From: Promethearchaeota archaeon
Lineage (GTDB): Archaea > Asgardarchaeota > Lokiarchaeia > Sigyniarchaeales > SOKP01
Assembly (NCBI GenBank): GCA_019058445.1
Contig: JAHPZA010000009.1
Location: forward strand, 448,001-512,000
Reading direction: 5' to 3'
Length of the DNA stretch: 64,000 nucleotides
In this document: positions 13,301 to 21,600 of the stretch, piece by piece
Layout of the letters: each line of letters begins with the position of its first letter
Numbering within the stretch: position 1 is the first letter of the stretch
Program-made: the position numbers and the translations under genes
The notes under the pieces: generated by a model
The model's input: only the letters and a program-made list of their open reading frames with translations
Databases searched by the model: none
Told to the model about the DNA's origin: nothing

Positions 13301-15325
13301 AGACGAATATACATGAACTCCATTTTTATAAAGCCGAACAGCAGAACCATCATATGTTAAAACAATATGCATCCAGTCATTTCGAGATACAGAAATCCCA
13401 GAACTAACAGAACCCGAGGTGACTCCATCCAAGGTGAAACGTACATCATTAGAACCTGTAGAGCGATAATAAAAGAGGGAATATGATCCCGAATTTTCTC
13501 CCCCTTTTGCCATGACTGAAAGGTCCCATTCATATGGGCTAACATTTGTCCATGCTTCCAACGTAATTTGTTCTGTTATATCTAGACTTGTGTCATCAGC
13601 ACAGTATATATAAGATTCTCCATCAAAATTTATAGCATTCCCTATTTTTCCATTCTTTCCAAATTCAGGATTAAGATAATTTGTTCCATGATTTTTATAA
13701 GAAGTAGAATCCTTTATCGCATTAGTTCCACCAGTAGATTCATTAAGATGCCATACTCCTTTATAATAATTATCCCATACACCATGAGGATTTTCTTGAG
13801 AAATCATTGTAGTATTACCATAATACATCCAAATCACAGTATCAGAAATGGGAGATAAAGAAGGAATTCGAACCCATGCCATGAATTGAGCGTGAGTACT
13901 ATTAAAAGTTTGATTAAATAATTCAATTTCATGATATAACCAGGTAGTACCGTTAGTAAAGGCAATATCATCACCATCCTGTTGAACTTCGGTGCGTAGA
14001 TCGGAATCAAAAATAGAAATCAGTACAGGAAAGTCAATAAGATTATTTGTTCCAGAAACTTTGGAATGGTCAATAGTTATCACTTTATAATAATTAAAAT
14101 CGGTAAAGGAAGGAATTATCACATTATTGGGGCTACTTATAGAATAAAAAGAATTAGGATCATCTTGGTTATTATATTCTGTAGTTATCCAGTCAGCTGA
14201 ACGACCAACACTAGAGATACGGATTTCATCAATAATTCCTGTAAAATTATAGCCACCTTGCCCATTTCCATGCCTACCTATCTCTATAGTGTCTCCTAAA
14301 GAATAATCAATTGTATGTGTTGTACTACTATGTTCTTTTTCAACTCCATCAATATTTATAAACATACCAGTTGAATCCTGACCCGCAACAACATAGTGGA
14401 ATTCATTATCGCTTACATTTACACCCAAAGGAGCCATATTGTGCCAAGAAGATCCATCATAGATATAAAAGCAAATTCTATCATCTGGATAAATTCTAAT
14501 AGCATAACTATCTCCTCTACTCACAATCTCTCTATTGTAAATAGAAGGATTTACTTTTATCCAAGCAGAAACTGTCAATAGATCCGATGGATCTGTATTT
14601 GTAGGATTCGGAATAGTAACGTAATCATTTACAATAAAATTATTTGCTCCATCAATTTTTCCAGTTACATTAGTAGAACCTCCTCCACCATCCTCAAAGT
14701 TCTGAGATGTACCATCGTTATTATTTGAAGTAGAGTCTTTATGACCATCTATTGTTCCATCGTTTGGCGCCTCATTTAAATGCCAGACAGCGCCATAATC
14801 ACTGTCCCAGACAGCATTAGGATTCTCCCGAGCTTTCATAATTGGATTTCCATAATACATTCGAATAATAGTATCTTTGGATGGTGAGAGAGCTGGGATT
14901 CGTACCCATGCGATTAATTGAGCATGAGTATTATTAAAGGTCTGATTAAATAATTCAATTTCATGATCTATCCATTGAAACCCATAAGTAAAGGCGATAT
15001 CGTTTCCATTTGGTTGAACCTTATCGTTATCGCGGAGATCTGTATCAAAAATAGAAATTAAAAGAGGAAAATCGATGAGATCACTAGACCCGGAAACTTT
15101 TGTATGGTCAATTGTTATTTCTTTATAGTAGGCAAAATCATCCGCATTAGGAGTATGATTTAAAGAAGTCTGAGGAGTAGTTGAATTATCATTTTTATCT
15201 TCAAATTTATAATCATCAGTACTATTAAAATTAAAATTTGAAAGATAGTAAATTTGAACAACAGTTGAAAAGAGTATGATAAACAAGATAATTATAGATT
15301 TAGTCTCTCTATTATTGAATTTCAT
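7373..15325 (-). CDS. Giant surface protein, copy 2 (2650 aa)
   Basis: N-terminal hydrophobic segment. Three repeats of (YKxITIDHxKV..FPVLIS..DxDL..DGDDIAF..HEIE..AWVRIP..YYGN) each followed by a LamG-like domain (W/HL...IDEIRIS...RSADWI). Many NxS/T sequons. TM helix IFYLLILLIAITAVVGSLATY followed by a basic stop-transfer stretch and a ~440 aa cytoplasmic tail. Confidence 0.92.
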   Translation of the reverse strand: MKFNNRETKSIIILFIILFSTVVQIYYLSNFNFNSTDDYKFEDKNDNSTTPQTSLNHTPNADDFAYYKEITIDHTKVSGSSDLIDFPLLISIFDTDLRDNDKVQPNGNDIAFTYGFQWIDHEIELFNQTFNNTHAQLIAWVRIPALSPSKDTIIRMYYGNPIMKARENPNAVWDSDYGAVWHLNEAPNDGTIDGHKDSTSNNNDGTSQNFEDGGGGSTNVTGKIDGANNFIVNDYVTIPNPTNTDPSDLLTVSAWIKVNPSIYNREIVSRGDSYAIRIYPDDRICFYIYDGSSWHNMAPLGVNVSDNEFHYVVAGQDSTGMFINIDGVEKEHSSTTHTIDYSLGDTIEIGRHGNGQGGYNFTGIIDEIRISSVGRSADWITTEYNNQDDPNSFYSISSPNNVIIPSFTDFNYYKVITIDHSKVSGTNNLIDFPVLISIFDSDLRTEVQQDGDDIAFTNGTTWLYHEIELFNQTFNSTHAQFMAWVRIPSLSPISDTVIWMYYGNTTMISQENPHGVWDNYYKGVWHLNESTGGTNAIKDSTSYKNHGTNYLNPEFGKNGKIGNAINFDGESYIYCADDTSLDITEQITLEAWTNVSPYEWDLSVMAKGGENSGSYSLFYYRSTGSNDVRFTLDGVTSGSVSSGISVSRNDWMHIVLTYDGSAVRLYKNGVHVYSSSYSGDIITNNDYLYIGTENDYYDDFIGIIDEVRISSTNRSAGWIKTEFTNQDNPNDFYSISNATKVDDDFPSDAKYFHYYKLITIDSSKIPGSGSLTNFPVLMYLEDSDLHDKVQPDGDDIAFALGSSWLDHEIELFNQTFNSTHAQLIAWVRIPQLSTSIDTIIRMYYGNSTMNSQENPTEVWNANYRGIWHLSEPSGNTQDSTFYDEDGIVSGMVTRPSNGQIDGAYEFGSDGTVNVGDPTDGHLDFGLESFAVSLWINVDASTGDHQLPVYKGGSSRIWDPGYCYHIIPSGNTIAFHVYDGVENIGSPSANIILDEWMYIVGLVDRTNDIIRIYKDGIEIGSGTNIDTLDSISGDQELKFSWTSYGFDGMLDEIRISNRTYSDNWILTEYNNQHSPENFYSVGPEIKRNITICENLQVNAIDVYGNSIANVNISMYQNSALIRSAFTDINGRVSYTNIEVEEYNFTASMTSDIGNFVEIINITSEAILINETSQTVDLICNVSPNFFNIIDIDGIPVDSGWIIVGNSSHNLQNCTIDSDGTAKFWWVNVTPYEYNYTVHYLDTNYNPQEIILASGDLLTPNSTLDVKVNLTTVDFFVEDENGKAMSGVKVLLRINDTIGASITNLTTDITGKATLRWLNSSALHGNYSLQLSFFGGILEFNSTNGGPPPTNNISFIVSAKATFNLKIYDIDINDYGTELISLNPTDNIVVEWGVLLKLRFLFNVSKAKGHPELIGPAYADSMTYQLLSGVTPIYSGTISIEEGNPGRYHVSIDTTKLESGEFYIIRIYAQKSGFSIPSDLYFPLQIQKIDLILNQTENDDSLQEDFWLESIDLSVKPYGEISEQLDIEDTIFQDADHSFSFQVPQISSDWNLSRITFNIYNISWNVAESDINITFIDPNNEFWMWHKTNATVLGSQYNYLQGWWKGITLNLDTCSPSGDNLFKFTIGGSFDGTVDIVAYSWFLRDKVNVQYTQFNVTDDISIISDENGWVIKNITFILSNCRNSSDWSLIDDPTTVISKFTTYEGYNYTLENLGNGMARVIIDNMTVYPLDDQFLFDIIKSSAIMFDVNITVEYFQGFYWHQRLENISMTIIEDDFSNGGEFSLVFPDNFEDQGSFLIIKDITDGIDYFFPSELAMNITIGGQTYSISNTLQGEGSFFLGGFSKDILYSASIETNQAVNFTIIFSVSYVRTVCYETSGTVSYKIREDPDVHGIVPDYYSDESGIYFVQSIDTSLINAGEYTVEFIVSKDHYESATKKLDIKVLKRLTLINGASTDIQIYRSIYVQDAVNYTFSYTDAMLTTDITNLDIQEYRITIEGSNQQSIDYGAGNLDFDDSNNEYILDINTETLKPGIYTVWVEFDKQNYVSKFVIVTLTVNLREIDYDLGDMFEDKQVSVVKGEKITLSIELTDPTQGDIPLKGATVILEIDDDDFEFEEVEDGVYEFEFETDEYEAFFTSNTITGTIKISKANYTSEDTDITIVIEMEELEIIPGLDSQEGVSIPIFYLLILLIAITAVVGSLATYKYIQLAKIPKFVKKIRSMKAAIKKSKVIPETLSIANKEGYLVNMVSEKWDLLGLSIKDIFEIPVKKGKILPIFKKESLKSERSADLMPSGLLLMKWDERIGTELLAKYPEDIELSRKTLMQIYGAHEYTGESGMVNLIVTNLNLASYYAGPEKGYYLVLILNLEDDADAYEGGMADILQIILQNLEDDAYISMIPSLFRRLAVYPTLNREQQLMNIYHDKIKQMTINRLREEGIIDKSELMVWLKDQYKEGLFDLEVVLIELVKREIIKQVSVKGLPSELNFLTGDLIMLRIPSVELVKTPEKKGLPSQLTKVYLNEVKTFFEQYTPTELDNLKILNILADPEVYHTFQLLRSAIVTKDDLEKLKKKGVEDVSKVLNLLWDANMIKVLQDKSGTEYYALQSDFYIELVFPKYILEVIKQAYEQKSKSDKELIEYLNVLENTYLNLNAEEK

Positions 15326-15540
15326 TATAAAATTCCTTGTTTATTTTTTATTAAAACCGTTATTAGATAGATATTGGAACTTAAATCAACATAAAAGTAG
15401 AAGTCTTTATATTTAAATATAGTATATTTCTTCCTTCAAAAGATGATTAACGACTAATATAGACCCGAGCTTTTTATTAAATATATATAAATATTTAAAC
15501 TGTTGTTGAATTAATTGGAGCTAATTCATCACAAAAAATT
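15326..15540 (-). promoter_or_regulatory. Conserved 5' leader/promoter of giant gene copy 2
   Basis: Repeat of the upstream regions of copies 1 and 3. Similarity to copy 3 extends about 215 bp. Confidence 0.65.
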
Positions 15541-15689
15541 CAAACCTAATGGAAAATGAAAAGAATATGTATTATTATAAAGATAAATTAAATATTTATT
15601 TTCGAAATTAAAAATATTTAAGCGTCTTCAAATTTCTTCTAATTATTCAAATATTATTAATAATAAGAAAAAAATAGATATGCTACTTT

Positions 15690-18600
15690 TTATTTCTCCT
15701 CTGCTTTTAAATTGAGATAAGTATTTTCAAGAACATTCAGATATTCAATCAATTCTTTGTCACTTTTAGACTTTTGCTCGTATTCTTGCTTGATAACCTC
15801 TAGTATGTATTTTGGAAAAACAAGCTTTATATAAAAATCTGATTGGAGGGCATAATACTCCGTTCCACTCTTATCTTGAAGAACCTTAATCATATTGGCA
15901 TCCCACAGTAATTTTAAGACTTTACTCACATTTTCAACTCCTTTCTTCTTAAGTTTTTCCAGATCATCTTTCGTGACAATAGCACTTCTTAATAATTGAA
16001 ACGTCTGATAAACCTCTGGATCTGTTAAAATATTAAGAATTTTAAGATTATCGAATTCTGTGGGGGTATATTGCTCAAAGAATGTTTTGACCTCATTAAG
16101 ATAAACTTTTGTAAGTTGGGAGGGTAACCCTCTTTTTTCTGGATCCTTCAATAATTCAATTGGAGGTGTACGAAGTGTTATAAGATCACCTGTAAGAAAA
16201 TTTAATTCTGAAGGGAAGCCCTTAACCGAGACTTGTTTGATAATCTCTCTTTTTACAAGTTCTATAAGAACCACTTCCAAATCAAATAGCCCTTCTTTAT
16301 ATTGATCTTTAAGCCAAACCATTAATTCCGATTTTTCTATTATTCCTTCATCTCTTAGACGATTTATAGTCATTTGTTTTATTTTATCATGCAAGATATT
16401 CATAAGTTGCTGTTCATGATTAAAAGTGGGATACACGGCTAAACGTCGAAAAAGTGTGGGGATCATCGAGATGTAGGCATCATCTTCTAGGTTTTGGAGT
16501 ATAATTTGTAAAGTATCGGCCATTCCTCCTTCATAGGCATCCGCATCATCTTCAAGATTTAAAATTAAAACAAGATAATACGCCTTTTCTGGTCCAGCAT
16601 AATAAGAAGCTAGATTTAAATTAGTTATAATTAAATTAACCATACCTGATTCCCCTGTATATTCATGAGCTCCGTATATTTGCATTAATGTTTTACGTGT
16701 AACTTCAATATCTTCAGGATATTTAGCTAATATTTCCGTACCTATTCGTTCATCCCATTTCATAAGAAGTAATCCAGAGGGCATAAGATCAGCATTCCTC
16801 TCAGATTTCAATGATTCTTTCATAAATATAGGTAATATTTTTCTCTTTTTGACAGGAATTTCGAAAATATCTTTTATCGACAGTCCGAGCAGACCCCATT
16901 TCTCACTAACCATATTTACCAAATATCCTTCCTTATTTGTAATTGAAAGCGTTTCTGGGATCATTTTAGATTTTTTAATTGCAGCCTTCATAGATCGAAT
17001 TTTTTTGACATATTTAGGAATTTTGGCTAATTGGATATATTTATATGTTGCTAGGCTCCCTACAACGGCAATGATAGCTATAAGAAGGATTAACAAATAA
17101 AATGTTGGCATAGAGACTCCTTCTTGGGAGTCTAATCCAGGGATTATGACTAGTTCTTCCATTTCAATGACAATGGTTATATCAGTATCCTCAGAAGTGT
17201 AGTTTGCTTTTGATATTTTGATGGTACCTGTTATCGTATTTGAAGTAAAAAAGGCCTCATACTCATCTGTTTTAAATTCTAATTCATACACCCCATCCTC
17301 CTCCTCTTCAAATTCAAAATCATCTCCTTCAATCTCTAATATTACCGTTGCTCCTTTTAACGGAATATCTCCTTGAGTTGGATCGGTTAATTCAATCGAA
17401 AGAGTAATTTTTTTGCCTTTTACTACACTAACTTGCTTATCTTCAAACATATCCCCCAGTTCATAATCAATTTCTCTCATATTAACCGTTAAAGTAACTA
17501 TTACAAATTTAGAAACATAGTTCTGTTTATCGAATTCGACCCATACCGTATAGATTCCAGGTTTTAAGGTCTCAGTATTAATATCTAAAATATACTTATT
17601 ATTATTATCATCAAAATCCAGATTTCCAGCACCATAATCAATTGATTGCTGATTTGGGCCTTTAATTGTAATTCTATATTCTTGGATATCTAAGTTTAGG
17701 ATATCAGTGGTTAAAACAGCATCATTATATGAAAAAGTATAATTCACTGCATCTTGTACATAGATGCTTCGATATAACTGAATATCAGTCGAAACCCCAT
17801 TAATCAACGTCAAACGCTTCATTACTTTTATATCCAATTCTTTTGTGTCAGAATTGTAATGATCTTTTGAAACTGTAAATTCTACAGTATATTCCCCAGC
17901 ATTAATTAAAGATGTATCAATAGTTTGTACAAAATATATGCCTGATGCATCAGTATAATAATCTAGTACAGATCCAAATACATCTGGTTCTTCTCGAATT
18001 TTAAAAGATACCGTCCCAGAAGTCTCATAACATACAGTTCTTACATAACTTACACTAAAAATAATCGTAAAATTAACAGCTTGATTGGTTTCTATACTCG
18101 CTAAATAAAGCATATCCTTGGTAAATCCTCCCAAGAATAACGAACCCTCTCCCTGAAGTGTATTCGAAATACTATAGGTTTGACCTCCGATAGTAATGTT
18201 CATGGCTAACTCCGATGGATAAAAATAGTCAATGCCATCAGTAATTTCTTTAATTAATAAAAAACTGCCCTGATCTTCAAAATTATTGTTAAAAACAATA
18301 CTGAATTCTCCTCCATTACTAACGCCGCGTTCAATTACCCTTATGCTAATATTTTCTAAGCGTTGATACCAATAAAATCCCTGATAATATTCCACTGTAA
18401 TATTGACATCAAACATAATAGCTAAAGATTTAATAATATCAAAAAGGAATTGATTATCTACGGGATAAATTGTTATATTATCAATAATGATTTTTCCCGT
18501 TCCAATTCCATGGGAACTAAAAGTATAATTATAACCATCATTTGTCGAAATCTTTGATATCGCTGTGATGGGATCTATTAAACTCCAATCTGTAATATTA

Positions 18601-21600
18601 CGACAATTATAGAGGGTAAAGGTTATGTTTTTAATTACCCACCCATTCTCATCTGATATTATGCTAATATCATCTGTCACATTAAATTGACTATATTCCA
18701 CATTGACTTTATCTCGCAGAAACCAAGAATATGCGACAATATCTACAGTGCTATCAAATGAGCCTCCAATCGTAAAATTAAAAAGATTATCTCCCGTAGG
18801 ACTGCATGTATCTAAGTCAAGAGTGATCCCTTTCCACCATCCTTGAAGATAATTGTATTGACTGCCCAATACAGTCGCATTGGTTTCATGCCACATCCAA
18901 AACTCATTGTTAGGATCTACTATGGTAATATTTATATCATCCTCAGCGATGTTCCAGGATATATTATAAATATTGAATGTAATTCGCGATAGATTCCAAT
19001 CACTTGAAATTTCGGGCACTACGAAGCTAAATGAATGGTCAACATCTTGAAAAATAGTATCTTCGATAAGGATCTCTTCAGAAATTTCACCATATGGTTT
19101 TACTGACAGATCAATATTCTCTAACCAAAAATCCTCTTGAAGAGAATCATCATTTTCTGTTTGATTTAATATCAAATCGATCTTTTGGATTTGTAAGGGA
19201 AAATATAAATCCGAAGGAATACTAAAACCTGATTTTTGAGCAAAAATTCGTATAAGATAAAATTCCCCACTTTCCAACTTAGTGGTATCAATACTGACTT
19301 GGTGTCTTCCCGGATTGCCCTCTTCTATAGAGATGGTTCCTGAATAGATGGGAGTTATTCCGAATAAGAGCTGATATGTCATTGAATCTGCGTAAGCGGG
19401 ACCTAATAACTCAGGATGACCCTTTGCTTTACTTACATTAAATAAAAACCGCAATTTCAATAGTGCCTCCCATTCCACCGCAATACTATCTTTTGGATTT
19501 AACGAAATTATTTCTGTTCCGTAATCGGCTATATCAATATCATAAATCTTTAGATTAAAAGTAGCTTTCGCAGATACGATAAAACTAATATTATTTGTTG
19601 GAGGAGGCCCGCCATTTGTGCTATTGAACTCCAATATCCCTCCAAAAAAACTTAATTGTAAGGAATAGTTCCCATGGAGAGCGGAAGAGTTTAACCACCT
19701 TAAGGTTGCTTTTCCAGTTATATCAGTGGTTAAGTTGGTGATACTAGCTCCTGAAGTGTCGTTGATTCTTAAGATTACTTTTACTCCACTCATTGCTTTC
19801 CCATTTTCGTCCTCAACAAAGAAATCTACGGTCGTTAAATTTACTTTTACATCGAGTGTAGAATTGGGAGTAAGGAGATCTCCAGATGCCAATATAATTT
19901 CTTGAGGGTTATAGTTAGTATCGAGATAATGAACGGTATAGTTATATTCATATGGGGTGACATTTACCCACCAAAATTTTGCTGTACCATCGCTATCAAT
20001 TGTACAATTTTGCAGATTGTGTGAACTATTCCCTACTATGATCCATCCAGAATCTACAGGAATACCATCAATATCTATTATATTAAAAAAATTAGTGCTA
20101 ACATTGCAGATTAAATCCACCGTTTGAGACGTTTCATTAATTAAAATTGTTTCGGAGGTAGTGTTTATGATTTCTACATGATTCCCTATATCTGAAGTCA
20201 TACTTGCCGTAAAATTATACTCTCCCACATCTATTTTTGTATAGAAAACACTTCCATTAATGTCAGTGAAAGCACTCCTAATTAATTCAGAATTACGATA
20301 CATAGAAATATTTACATTAATAAGTGGATTACCATATAAATCAATCGCATTAACTTGGAGGTCATCACAAATAGTAATATTCAATGATATTTCTGATCCT
20401 ATAGAATAAAAACTACCGGGAGTATGTTGATTGAGATATTCTGTCAAAATCCAATTATCAGAATATAATCTATCTGAAATTCTAATTTCATCTAAAATTC
20501 CATCAAAGTCATTGCTAGTTAAGGAAAATTGAAGATCTTCTGTTCCATTTAGGTCTCCAAGAGTATTAATATTAGTACCTGAGTTTATCTCAGTTCCGTT
20601 TTTATAAATACGAATTTTATCGTTATTTCTATCAATCACTCCAACAATATACATCCATTCATCTAAATCTATACTAGCACTGGAACTTACACTATTTTCA
20701 TCTCCATCTGCTGCATGATATGCAAGATTATTTCCACCAGGATCAATAGAAAAACAATAACCTTTATCAGAGGTACTTGATGCTCCCTTATAGAGAGGGA
20801 GTTGGGTTATACCCGTACTGCTATCAACATTTATCCAAATACTAACAGTAAAACTTCCCGTTCCGAAATCAAAATGCCCATCATTAGGATCACCTAAATT
20901 AACCGTTCCATCAGTACCAAACTCATATGCACCATCAATTTGCCCAGTTGAAGAGCGGGTCACTGCACCTGAAATCGCTCCATCTTCCCCATAAGATGTA
21001 GAATCCAGAGCATTCCCACTTGATTCAGAAAGGTGCCATACTCCCATATAATTGGCATTCCATACTCCTGTGGGATTTTCCTGTGAATCCATCGTGGAAT
21101 TTCCATAATACATGCGAATTGTAGTATCTATAGAGGTTGATAATTGAGGAATGCGAACCCAAGCCGTTAACTGCGCATGGGTACTGTTAAATGTTTGATT
21201 AAATAGTTCAATTTCGTGGTCTAACCACGTAGATCCTAATGCAAAGGCAATATCATCGCCATTAGCTTGAACTTTATTACTATCATGTAAATCTGAATCT
21301 TCAAGATATATTAATACGGGAAAGTTTGAATGACTACCAGATCCGAAAACTCTTGTATGGTCAATATTGATGATTTTATAGTGTCTAAAATACATTGCTT
21401 CTGGTGGAGCATCTTCAATTGTTTTTGTAGCATTAGTAATAGAATAAAACGTGTTTGGATCATTTTGATTGTCATATTCTGTTTTTATCCAATCAGCTGA
21501 ACGAGCTGTATCAGAAATTCGAACTTCATCAATTAATCCATTAAAATCATTATCTCCAGGAGTATATGGTGGTTCTTCCATAGCTGAACCTAGGGAAATA

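Noticed and set aside
17-17100. Short ORFs overlapping the giant genes (e.g. 17-505, 2033-2254, 10311-10532, 16849-17100), some recurring between copies
   Set aside because: They are antisense or off-frame shadows that recur only because the host genes are duplicated.
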